From IMG/VR virus record IMGVR_UViG_3300022074_000005: a DNA stretch of 64,000 nucleotides; one strand, written 5' to 3'. This document shows, piece by piece, positions 29,069-38,341 of this stretch (the first letter of the stretch is position 1; each line of letters starts with the position of its first letter). The DNA comes from a virus. Under the pieces are notes generated by a model. That model searched no databases and was not told the DNA's origin. It saw nothing but the letters and a program-made list of their open reading frames with translations. The position numbers and the translations under genes were made by a program.

Positions 29069-29733
29069 AATACTTGTACATCTTTAAATCCAGCATTGAA
29101 CATAAATTGTTTTAGTTCATCCCAAGTATTAGGTTTCAACATATGTCTTAATGTTTTTTCTTTTGTCATTATATCATCGCAAGTAAAACTTTCTTTTTTA
29201 TGATCGTAATACATGAAAGTCATCATATCTTGTATTTGTGGATTATCACAATATACTTTTTCTGCAAACACAAATGCTCCACCTGGTTGTAGTTGATCGT
29301 ACACTTTTTTAATTACATCTTCTCTATCTCTCTTTGGCATAAACTGCAAAGTAAAAATAGATGTTGCGTATGATAATTTTTTTCTATAATCAAATTCATG
29401 ATATCTAATATCTGCATGTAAAAACTTAGCATCAATATCATGATTGTTTTTAATTGTTTTTGTTCTTTCTCTTAAATCTTTTTGAAATCCCTCTGCATAT
29501 TCAACACCAACATAATGAGCAGATGGTGCTATATCTTTATTTGCTTTTATTATTCTATCAGTAAGTTTACCTGTTGAACATCCTATATCTAAAACATAAG
29601 TGCCGTCTTCTACAAAGTATCTAGAAAAAGATACAACGTCTCTTAACATATCTTGATAACCACGAATAGACTTATCTATGTGAAGATCAAAACCTTCGTC
29701 TCTATGTGCAAATGTAAAATCATTATTCATCAT
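29026..29733 (-). CDS. cmoA: CmoA-like carboxy-S-adenosylmethionine synthase
   Basis: F..HI.KSIRGY, LDIGCSTG, DIR, FTLQF, L.PGGAFVFAEK, AGF...FWRNF.F, collinear with E. coli CmoA as recalled. Confidence 0.85.
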   Translation of the reverse strand: MMNNDFTFAHRDEGFDLHIDKSIRGYQDMLRDVVSFSRYFVEDGTYVLDIGCSTGKLTDRIIKANKDIAPSAHYVGVEYAEGFQKDLRERTKTIKNNHDIDAKFLHADIRYHEFDYRKKLSYATSIFTLQFMPKRDREDVIKKVYDQLQPGGAFVFAEKVYCDNPQIQDMMTFMYYDHKKESFTCDDIMTKEKTLRHMLKPNTWDELKQFMFNAGFKDVQVFWRNFMFIGAIAIK

Positions 29734-30866
29734 ATATTCCTTATTACTTTTTCATACATTGAAGTTGCTAGTGCCTTCATCATAATACTAGGTACCATTC
29801 TACCACAACGTTCAGATTTTTGAGCCCACTTGCCAGTAAGTTTAAAATCATCTGGCAACGAAGTAACTCTTTTTAATTCACCAAGTGTAAACTTTCTATC
29901 GTCATTCCAATGACACACACCAGCAGTTTTTTCTGTAGCACCCATCGCTGTAATAGTAGGACTAGGGTGAAACTCCGAAGCAATCTTTAAATTAAAGTGC
30001 CATCCTTTTGGATGATAATCAGTACCAGTGATAACTTTCTTTGGGTTTCTTGGCATCAAAACACATGTTTGTTTATAGTATGCTGTTTCTTTCCATTTTG
30101 TAGTTAACATATCAACTTCTTCTTTGTCATACTCTAAACCATCAAAGGCACCTTGTAAAGTAGTAATAGTATTGTTTGGCTCAGGAAATAAAGATGATAA
30201 TGTCATAAAGTTTAAACCAACCTTATCCATTATATCATCACGTACTGCCATAAAAAAAACTCTACGTCTTCTTTGTGGAACACCAAACTTAGAACAATCA
30301 TGTACTTTTGCAACTACTTGATATCCAATGTCTTCAAATGTATTTTGAATTTTATTAAAATATTGTTTTGCTTCTCCTACTGTTAGACCTTCAACATTTT
30401 CTGCAATGATAGTCTTTGGTCTAATAACTTCAGCAACTCGTAAAAACTCAAAAAATAAATCTTCAATATTAGTAACTATCTTTCCGTCTGAATAAGATTT
30501 AGTTTTACCAAAGCCATCACTATGTACAGTTCCCTCTCTTGCAAGAGTACCACACATACTAAATGCTGAACAAGGTGGACTACCATCTAGTAGTTCTAAT
30601 TCACCTTCTTTTAATTTTGTTAAATCTAAAAAGTCTTTACCTGTAAGTTCTTTTATGTCACCATCCATGATTGGTGTAGTTGGATAATTATCTCTATAAG
30701 TATTTCTTGCCTCTTCAACAAATTCATTGATTGCAAGTATCTTACCACCTGCAAGTCTATAACCTGTAGATGAACCACCACCACCAGCAAAAGTAGATAT
30801 AACTCTAAACTTGTTTAGTGCCTCTCCAGCGTGTACATCTTTCATTAAGTAAGGTTGATATTTCAT
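29730..30866 (-). CDS. DNA cytosine-C5 methyltransferase-fold enzyme, predicted carboxymethyltransferase
   Basis: Motif I FAGGGG, IV GSPPC, VI ENV, VIII QRRRR; motif X reads GRMVP instead of GN(A/S)VP. Confidence 0.9.
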   Translation of the reverse strand: MKYQPYLMKDVHAGEALNKFRVISTFAGGGGSSTGYRLAGGKILAINEFVEEARNTYRDNYPTTPIMDGDIKELTGKDFLDLTKLKEGELELLDGSPPCSAFSMCGTLAREGTVHSDGFGKTKSYSDGKIVTNIEDLFFEFLRVAEVIRPKTIIAENVEGLTVGEAKQYFNKIQNTFEDIGYQVVAKVHDCSKFGVPQRRRRVFFMAVRDDIMDKVGLNFMTLSSLFPEPNNTITTLQGAFDGLEYDKEEVDMLTTKWKETAYYKQTCVLMPRNPKKVITGTDYHPKGWHFNLKIASEFHPSPTITAMGATEKTAGVCHWNDDRKFTLGELKRVTSLPDDFKLTGKWAQKSERCGRMVPSIMMKALATSMYEKVIRNI

Positions 30867-31675
30867 AACATAAACTGATTTAGTGTTGCACCTGTTGGAT
30901 TAGACTTTGGCCAATCTCTAACTAAATCCATAACTCTAGTTCTACCTTTGTAATTAATTTCATTATTATTTAGCAGTCTTTCAAATAAAACATTTATTTT
31001 TGAATCTAATTGTAAGTTTAAATGTTTCTTAACGTCTTTGTCAAGATTAAAAGCAGTTCTTACGTGATGTTTTTGATAAGGTTGATTTAACTGATACCAA
31101 TCCATACTATAAAAATATTCTTTCACATTCATTCTTAGATATGGTGTAATAAACTTTTTATTAAACATATCTGAAACTTTTTTATGCATAATATATCCAG
31201 CTGTGTTTTCTGGTAAGAAATAGTTATCTCTAAACTCATCAAACTTTTCTTTTGTATGTTTATAATGGATATTTGCTTTTTTACTTACTCCATAATAACC
31301 ATCTGCAGCCCAACCAGAAATTACATAAGTTTGTGTAATTTTAGGATACACATATAGAAAAGGATAAACACATTCATAATGGGTTTTCTTTTTACATCCT
31401 AAATTTACAAGTTTGTAAAAGTCCTCTTCTAACTTGCTAGTATCTATTACAGTTCCTATAAAACTCCAATTGTGATTCTTTGCAATCTCTTGAGCTTTAT
31501 TATAATCATATGAGGGTTCATTGTCAAGACAAAAAGAGTATGCAGTTATCTTTTTTCCTAATCTTTCAGCTGCTAATGCAACTGATATACTATCTACCCC
31601 ACCAGATAATAGCACTGCTACATTGTCATCTGGTACAGTTTGTTTTATGTTTTCAACTAATAGTTTATCTATCAT
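30863..31675 (-). CDS. Asparagine-synthetase-like ATP pyrophosphatase (amide ligase), no glutaminase domain
   Basis: PP-loop LLSGGVDS, ISGWAADGYYG, TPYL. Confidence 0.8.
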   Translation of the reverse strand: MIDKLLVENIKQTVPDDNVAVLLSGGVDSISVALAAERLGKKITAYSFCLDNEPSYDYNKAQEIAKNHNWSFIGTVIDTSKLEEDFYKLVNLGCKKKTHYECVYPFLYVYPKITQTYVISGWAADGYYGVSKKANIHYKHTKEKFDEFRDNYFLPENTAGYIMHKKVSDMFNKKFITPYLRMNVKEYFYSMDWYQLNQPYQKHHVRTAFNLDKDVKKHLNLQLDSKINVLFERLLNNNEINYKGRTRVMDLVRDWPKSNPTGATLNQFML

Positions 31676-34152
31676 GCAAAAAAACTCTCTAACGTTCCTT
31701 GAGTTCCATAACTACGATCTACATTCCATTTGATTTTTTCTATGATATAGTTTAATGGTTCTACAAAAGACTTTTCAAATTGTAAATCATAATCTACTGC
31801 AAAACTAATTTCTTTTGGTAATTTTGTTATAAAAGAAATACTAGATGATTGATATATATTTGGAAGTTTCATATGTAAAAATTTAATCTTATCACCCTCT
31901 TGTATCAATGGATACTTGTAACCAAGTTTATTTTTTTTAATAAGATGATTATAAAGTATTGCACCTTTAACATGTATTGGTGCTCCTTTTTTAAATAGAT
32001 TGTGTGATTCAGTCCATTTACTTAAACCATTTACTCCTCTAGGATACGCCACATCTTCAGGCGCTAGTGTTAGAAATTTTTTTCTAAAATTTTGAATAAA
32101 AGTATTCAATTCTTTTTCATCACCATCCATAATAATACGTAATGCTTGTTTTATATTTTCTCTACATGGTGCAGGTGTTGAAGACTTAACTGCTTCTATT
32201 CCCATAATTTTTAATTTAGGTTCTTTGTAACGAACACCTTCAACATCATGAGCATTTAAAATATATCTTTTCTTTGCTGTCCATATACCTTTGTCTGCGA
32301 TTACTTCTCTTTTCATTTGCATTTTTTGTTCAAATGCTTTTGTATAATCAGCAAGTTCTTTATATACTTTATTAATAAATGGTTCTACTTTTTCTTTTGC
32401 AATAGTATCAAGAAAGTCAACTGGGTTCTTTGGTTTAAACTTTTCAACCAGTTCATCAAATCTAATATAAACTGAATCTGTATCAGACGCAATAACATAA
32501 TCAACATCTTTTGTTTTTAGTAATTCATTCATATACTCATTTAATTTTTCTTCTATCCAACGAATAGATAACTGACCAGAAGTGGTAATCGCTTCTGCAA
32601 TAGGAAGATTATAATATCTAAACCAATTATTACCAATCGCACCATAAGCTGAGTTAAGTGAAATCTTTCTTGCCATTTGAATATTATCAAATTTAGATAT
32701 CATTTTTAGTAGTTTTGGATTTTTAGTTTTTTCATATTCTTGTTTTGCATCTAACATAGCTCTTTTGTATTTTACTCTGTCCTCATACATTGTCTGCATC
32801 ATTTCAGGTAAGAAACCTTTTTTGTCAGTTCTAAACAAAGCACCATTTGGTGTCATAGTAGTATCTTTTAAAATAGACGTATCAACTTTTTTAGATAGCA
32901 ACTTATCTACGTTCATGTTAGGTACTGTTTTATCACTCTTTAATGTTTCTGGTGATATATTATATTGCATAATTAAATGTGGATATAATGAGTTTAAGTC
33001 AAACGATACAACCCATTTGTGTTCACCTACCTGTGGGTCTTTAACATATGCACCTTCATACTTGTCAGATTTTTCTTTATTTGTTTTTTGTGGTATAACA
33101 ATTTTTTTATCCATTAAGTAATTGTGAATAAGAACATCCCAATAACGAACACTACCAAGAACATCTACATAATTAACTTTCGCTTCATATGCCATAGTTA
33201 AACATAGTTCAATTAGTTTCATCTTATCTTCTAGTTGGTCAACTATCTCAACATCTTTAATATTATAATCAATAAAAGATTGAAAGTCATTTGTGTACCA
33301 ATCTCTAAATGTATCATGTGGATTTTCATTTTTTTTAATTCCAAGTTCTACATTAGCAATATGATCTAGTTTGTAACTCTCTTGATTAGTATATGTAAAT
33401 TTTCTATACAAATCATAATAGTCAAGAGCAGCCACACCTTGAATATCATAAACTTGATATTGTCTACCCATTTGATAAATTGTTTTAGATAATACTGAAC
33501 GCCAAGGTGATAAATCTTTTAAAGTGTCCTCGTTCATTATTTTTTTAATACGATTACACAAATAAGGAATATCAAAAAATTCTGTATTCCAACCTGTAAT
33601 TACATCTGGTTGATTTAATTTCCAAAACTTTATAAACTCTGTAAGTAATTCGTATTCATTATCACACTCAATATAAACAACGTCTTTTCTTTCTGTTTTA
33701 AATTTACCTACACCCCATACAAATATCTGTTTGTTTTGTTGATTTTTAATTGTAATAGATAATAATTCTTCAGAAGCTTCTTGAGGATTTGGGAAACCAT
33801 TTTCACAAGCAACTTCTATATCAATTGTAATAATTAATACTTCATCCATATTCCATTCAAGATTAGGATATTGTTCATACAAATAACTAAATTGAAAGTT
33901 GGTATTACCATATACTAGATGAGGTTGATCTTCGTATTGTTGTACCCAGTTCTTTGCTTCTTTGATTGTTTCATGTTTAATAGGCATAACATATTTGCCT
34001 TGTAAAGTTTTATATTTTGTTTCTCTCATAACAGGACAAAACATAGTTGGCGAATATTTAACCCTACGATTAATACGTTCACCATTTACAATCTCTCTCA
34101 ATAAAAGATTGTTACCCCATTGTATAATATTTGTATAAAATCTACTCATCAA
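31672..34152 (-). CDS. gp43: DNA polymerase family B (T4 gp43)
   Basis: DIEV, GWN..FFD, YNIKD, SFDLNSLYP, KISLNSAYG, SDTDS, KKRY. Confidence 0.98.
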   Translation of the reverse strand: MMSRFYTNIIQWGNNLLLREIVNGERINRRVKYSPTMFCPVMRETKYKTLQGKYVMPIKHETIKEAKNWVQQYEDQPHLVYGNTNFQFSYLYEQYPNLEWNMDEVLIITIDIEVACENGFPNPQEASEELLSITIKNQQNKQIFVWGVGKFKTERKDVVYIECDNEYELLTEFIKFWKLNQPDVITGWNTEFFDIPYLCNRIKKIMNEDTLKDLSPWRSVLSKTIYQMGRQYQVYDIQGVAALDYYDLYRKFTYTNQESYKLDHIANVELGIKKNENPHDTFRDWYTNDFQSFIDYNIKDVEIVDQLEDKMKLIELCLTMAYEAKVNYVDVLGSVRYWDVLIHNYLMDKKIVIPQKTNKEKSDKYEGAYVKDPQVGEHKWVVSFDLNSLYPHLIMQYNISPETLKSDKTVPNMNVDKLLSKKVDTSILKDTTMTPNGALFRTDKKGFLPEMMQTMYEDRVKYKRAMLDAKQEYEKTKNPKLLKMISKFDNIQMARKISLNSAYGAIGNNWFRYYNLPIAEAITTSGQLSIRWIEEKLNEYMNELLKTKDVDYVIASDTDSVYIRFDELVEKFKPKNPVDFLDTIAKEKVEPFINKVYKELADYTKAFEQKMQMKREVIADKGIWTAKKRYILNAHDVEGVRYKEPKLKIMGIEAVKSSTPAPCRENIKQALRIIMDGDEKELNTFIQNFRKKFLTLAPEDVAYPRGVNGLSKWTESHNLFKKGAPIHVKGAILYNHLIKKNKLGYKYPLIQEGDKIKFLHMKLPNIYQSSSISFITKLPKEISFAVDYDLQFEKSFVEPLNYIIEKIKWNVDRSYGTQGTLESFFA

Positions 34153-34502
34153 ATTTTTAATTGTTGTGCTAGTACCATAAGACTAAGCCAAATCCACATA
34201 GTATTAAACCCTACAAGTGTTGGTAATAATTTTTTCTCTGATGCCCACACTAACATAGTGCTTGTCACTAAACTAAAAACATATAACCACCATATTTCTA
34301 TCTTAAATATTAATCCTGGTATTATAATTATAGCTTTAGTTACCCACGCTAATGCTTCTACTGTATTATAGTCCGTCCAATATTTACGTTGAAACCACAT
34401 ACTATAGCATTCTTTTATTTTAAGGTAAGTGATACGTTTATATAATATATGAACGATGATCAACCATATAATTGTTGAAACTGTTACTTGCAAGACTGTC
34501 AT
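34149..34502 (-). CDS. Membrane protein
   Basis: Several hydrophobic segments; 4-nt overlap with gp43. Confidence 0.65.
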   Translation of the reverse strand: MTVLQVTVSTIIWLIIVHILYKRITYLKIKECYSMWFQRKYWTDYNTVEALAWVTKAIIIIPGLIFKIEIWWLYVFSLVTSTMLVWASEKKLLPTLVGFNTMWIWLSLMVLAQQLKI

Positions 34503-34523
34503 AATATAATATTTGTATAAAAT

Positions 34524-35708
34524 TTATTCAAAATAATTTTCTAGTTTACCTGTTCTACTTAAATCTACTGAACAACAATGAGCACCACCAGACCATAAAA
34601 AGTTCCAACGATTAACCCAAGGTATCATTTCAATGTTATATTTTTTTAATTTATCAGCTAAGTTCTTATCATAACCAGAAGTGATAATAGTATTCTCATC
34701 TAAAGATAATACGTTACAATCAAATCTTGTCTCTTGAGCTATACCTAATAACTCTGGCATAGGATAGTTTTTTACACCTCTCTCTTCGCACAATGCTTTT
34801 ATAGTTTTACCATCATATTCTGCTGATGGGTCCATTATAATGATTTCCCAATTATTGTCAACCATTATTTTTGGTACGTATTCTTTTTTCCATGTTAATA
34901 CTAACCCTGGTCTTAATATTGCTATCTTACCATCTACATGTCCGTAAGCTTGCATCTGAACAAATTTGTGTTTAGGAAACTCCCTTTTGTACCATTCTAA
35001 CCCATTGTTAGTAATACATATTTGTGAATGTTCTTTTATACCTAATCTATCTTGAGGGTTTGCAAAAGTATGAAATATATGTTTTCCACATTTATAGAAA
35101 GCAGCTGTATCACCTATGATATTATTTTGATTATCATATGATTCTATCTGTTCATTGCAATATCTGTTTACTTCATCTATATCTGTTGTGACTTGTTGTG
35201 GTTTACTTTCATACATCATTGGTGGCATTGCAATGTATCTAGCACCATTCTTAAATTCATCTAACATTACTTTTTGATGATTTAAGTTTTCTAAACCTCT
35301 TTCTTTTTTAGCTGTGTAAACTTCGAATATGGTATTACCAATCTTTCCTATTGTATCTCTACATTGCATCGGGTGACTTAAACCATCTTCAATGTTAGGA
35401 ATAACATCTGGTCTTACAACTTCAGCACCATACTGTTGACACAACTTGGCAAGTAAATTTAAATCTTCATTTGTTTCATCATGTATTTTTTTTAAAGTAT
35501 CTTTGTATAATGGTAATTGTTCTTTGATATCTCTTTTATGATTAGTGTAATCTAGAGTATCATCAGCATATTCCACGCTTCTATTTCGTACTGTATTGTC
35601 GTACTCCATGAGAATCTTATTCTCAAATTCATCTTCTACTTTACTGACATCATAGGTTTTACCTATTAGGACTTTTTTAAGAGGTGTCCACTCATCATAA
35701 ACTGTCAT
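34524..35708 (-). CDS. Amidinotransferase (glycine/inosamine-phosphate amidinotransferase family)
   Basis: YDEWTPLKKV.IG, V.RP, CRD, HVDG, CNVLSLDE, GGAHC. Confidence 0.85.
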   Translation of the reverse strand: MTVYDEWTPLKKVLIGKTYDVSKVEDEFENKILMEYDNTVRNRSVEYADDTLDYTNHKRDIKEQLPLYKDTLKKIHDETNEDLNLLAKLCQQYGAEVVRPDVIPNIEDGLSHPMQCRDTIGKIGNTIFEVYTAKKERGLENLNHQKVMLDEFKNGARYIAMPPMMYESKPQQVTTDIDEVNRYCNEQIESYDNQNNIIGDTAAFYKCGKHIFHTFANPQDRLGIKEHSQICITNNGLEWYKREFPKHKFVQMQAYGHVDGKIAILRPGLVLTWKKEYVPKIMVDNNWEIIIMDPSAEYDGKTIKALCEERGVKNYPMPELLGIAQETRFDCNVLSLDENTIITSGYDKNLADKLKKYNIEMIPWVNRWNFLWSGGAHCCSVDLSRTGKLENYFE

Positions 35709-36445
35709 TTTATAAAAAACATATCACAACCAAAGTTATCTCTCTGTCGAGATAAACAAGCGTTGTATCCTTTCGATTTAAATTCATCTATAACTTCAAT
35801 CATATCAAACATTGCCTCATGAGGATTAGGACAATATAAATGAGCTCTAACATGAAAGCATTTAATTGGTATGTTGTTATCTAATATTTCTCGACAAGTA
35901 TCATACCATACTCCCCAAGTATCTGCTTTAATCAAATCAGGCATACCATGTTTTTTAATCATGGTACTTAAATTTTCTGTTTTAACCATAACATGTGATT
36001 GATTTTTATCTTCATAGATAGAGTCTATTGATTTAATAAAATGTGGTTTTAAATTATATTCTCTACCATACGGATTATCACCATATCCAAGTTCAGTTTC
36101 TAATAATGTTGGATTATAGTAAAATGGCATTTCACCATTTTCTTTTGCATAACAAACATTATGAAATTTCATTTGTGGTTTAAATGGCCAACTATCTTCT
36201 TTCCACCATTGTGCTGATTCAGGTGAACCATCAAAACAATGAAATTTTAAATTAGGATTATCTGTTGCCATAGCTATTTCCATGTCAACATCTTTTGATA
36301 CACCAATGCTATAGACTGTTGAATATTCTTTTATTTTATCAATAGGGAAACGATATCGACCATACTCTTCATATGGTGTATAGTCTAAATGTATTTCCTC
36401 TATTTTTCTTAATTGTGATTTAAGTTCCGATAGGTTTTGCATCAT
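35705..36445 (-). CDS. FkbM-like SAM methyltransferase
   Basis: VYSIGVSKDVDME...HCFDG.P...PDLIKAD. Confidence 0.6.
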   Translation of the reverse strand: MMQNLSELKSQLRKIEEIHLDYTPYEEYGRYRFPIDKIKEYSTVYSIGVSKDVDMEIAMATDNPNLKFHCFDGSPESAQWWKEDSWPFKPQMKFHNVCYAKENGEMPFYYNPTLLETELGYGDNPYGREYNLKPHFIKSIDSIYEDKNQSHVMVKTENLSTMIKKHGMPDLIKADTWGVWYDTCREILDNNIPIKCFHVRAHLYCPNPHEAMFDMIEVIDEFKSKGYNACLSRQRDNFGCDMFFIK

Positions 36446-36860
36446 TTTTCACTTCTTTAGTCTTTCCAATATTATATTTTGTTTCTAAATTCCACTCTGA
36501 TTTTTCTTTAAATGAAATAATTTTAATCTGACTTAATGGTGCGATAGGTTCTGTTGTACCTATAATTGATACTAAACCCCAATCGCTTAATAATGATGCT
36601 ATACGATTTCTACGACCTATATCATTTTCTGATAAGTTTGTTTCCTTACCATCTAATGCAAACAGCTCTTTGAAATGTACTATGTAATACTTACCTTGCT
36701 TGTGAAGTATATGACATGATTGATATAATTTTTTTTCTTTTCTTGATGCTACGCCGATACGTGAAAGTGTCTCTCTGACCTTAAGGAAATCGTCAGGTTG
36801 TTTTAGAGTCACTTCCAACATTTGCTCTCTTGACCATTTAACGTTTTCCATGTTTACCAC
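36420..36860 (-). CDS. regA: Translational repressor RegA
   Basis: PDDFLKVRETLSRIGVAS...LYQSCHILHKQGKYYIVHFKELFALDG. Confidence 0.97.
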   Translation of the reverse strand: MVNMENVKWSREQMLEVTLKQPDDFLKVRETLSRIGVASRKEKKLYQSCHILHKQGKYYIVHFKELFALDGKETNLSENDIGRRNRIASLLSDWGLVSIIGTTEPIAPLSQIKIISFKEKSEWNLETKYNIGKTKEVKNDAKPIGT

Positions 36861-37233
36861 CTTTATTCAACTTTTCTTTTATTTGTTTTATTTGTTCATC
36901 GTTTAATATGTTAAGAGCAGATTTTCCTTTTTCATTATTATAACCATAATACTCTTTTACATACTCTAAATTTTTGGACTTGCTTGACCTCATCCAAGGT
37001 GCAAACCTTCTACGTGTCCTTAAACTATTTAGTAAAAAATCATACTGAAGTTTCTTGTCTAGATGATGATTACGATTCATTTCATTTACTAACATGACCG
37101 TATCATTAAAAGGTGCTAGGCATTTATTAACAACATATGCTGGATACTTTTTTTCCCATGTGACATCACCACTATCCATAAGATTATTTTTTTCATAGTT
37201 TATACTATTAAGATATTCTTTCAATTCATACAT
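36838..37233 (-). CDS. gp62: Clamp loader small subunit (gp62)
   Basis: YLNSIN..K, NEMN, QYDFLLNS, YYGYN..K; upstream of regA. Confidence 0.92.
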   Translation of the reverse strand: MYELKEYLNSINYEKNNLMDSGDVTWEKKYPAYVVNKCLAPFNDTVMLVNEMNRNHHLDKKLQYDFLLNSLRTRRRFAPWMRSSKSKNLEYVKEYYGYNNEKGKSALNILNDEQIKQIKEKLNKGGKHGKR

Positions 37234-37243
37234 AATTTAATCC

Positions 37244-38341
37244 TTAGTTATATACTATCTTACTATTGATAATATTTTTTATATATTCGCCACCATCTAA
37301 ATTAATATCTGGTATGTCTTGTTCTTTTATTTTATTTGTTTGTCTGATACCTTCAACAAGCATGTCGGCATCTAAATCATTATTTGTTAACCAATGGCAA
37401 CCACCAGCTTTAGAATATGCATCTGCTCTAAAAGGTTCCTCAGTTGCAATGATATTATTATTAACATCATACATTTCAGACGAAGTAGCTTCATTTGGTG
37501 TAACTAATGCTGGTGTTTTAGTTATATTTAAATCTGTAAAAGTCATATATCCTAACATTGTAAAAGCCATTTTATGTATTGATAGATAATCTCTAAATTC
37601 ATTTACACTAGGTCTTTCAATTAAATGTATGCCTCTATTCTCTGCCATAATTCTAATATCTTTTGGTGTCTTTGGTCCAACTATAAATGACATCTTTTGC
37701 CACATCATCTTTTCTTTAACTTGTAAAAACAATCTTTGATAATGATGAGTTAGTTCATACCAATCACCACCTGATACTAATATGCCATCTCTTTTATCTA
37801 TACTAGGTTTTTTATATGGAAGTGTAACATAACCTGTATTATGTATTTCACAATCTATCATTGGTGTTTCATGTAATTGTAAAGTTGCATCTATAAAATT
37901 ATCGTCACCTGCAAAAAATATGCCATCGTAAAATTCATTAAGTCTTTCAGTATAGAAATACATATCCTCTGGTTTAATCCAAGGTATGTCTCTATCTAAA
38001 GAATATATTCTTTTACCTGCTTCTTTTGCATGTTCTAATATATCAAGTATACCGCCATGTTCCCATAGTTCACCTCTTTGCTCTGTCCAAAAGGGGTCCC
38101 AACCATATCGACCAAAAGGATAACCCTCTGTAATAACTACATCTGGGTCATACTCTCTATAGTCTTGATATAGATCGTTATACTCTTTATCTTTACCAAA
38201 GAAGTCTATTGATTTTGATTTACCTGTAAAAGGTCGAGTTATGATAACTCTATCATTTAAATATTCGCCTAATGCGTTTGCTCTACTGATATGTCCATGA
38301 CCAGTATTACTTTGTACTAATATCAAACTCTTCATAACCAA
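37244..38341 (-). CDS. Glycosyltransferase (GT-B, GT28 C-terminal-like)
   Basis: GHGHISRA, EGYPFGR, ILVSGG, LGYMT, E..RA, LDGG. Confidence 0.75.
   Translation of the reverse strand: MVMKSLILVQSNTGHGHISRANALGEYLNDRVIITRPFTGKSKSIDFFGKDKEYNDLYQDYREYDPDVVITEGYPFGRYGWDPFWTEQRGELWEHGGILDILEHAKEAGKRIYSLDRDIPWIKPEDMYFYTERLNEFYDGIFFAGDDNFIDATLQLHETPMIDCEIHNTGYVTLPYKKPSIDKRDGILVSGGDWYELTHHYQRLFLQVKEKMMWQKMSFIVGPKTPKDIRIMAENRGIHLIERPSVNEFRDYLSIHKMAFTMLGYMTFTDLNITKTPALVTPNEATSSEMYDVNNNIIATEEPFRADAYSKAGGCHWLTNNDLDADMLVEGIRQTNKIKEQDIPDINLDGGEYIKNIINSKIVYN

Noticed and set aside
29026-29733. CmoA as an ordinary tRNA cmo5U modification gene
   Set aside because: No cmoB or tRNA genes in the window; it is coupled to a DNA C5-MTase with a motif X Arg and to gp43. 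Not formally excluded.
30863-31675. Asparagine synthetase or QueC (7-deazaguanine pathway)
   Set aside because: No glutaminase domain, no QueC Cys cluster, and no folE/queD/queE/dpdA in the window
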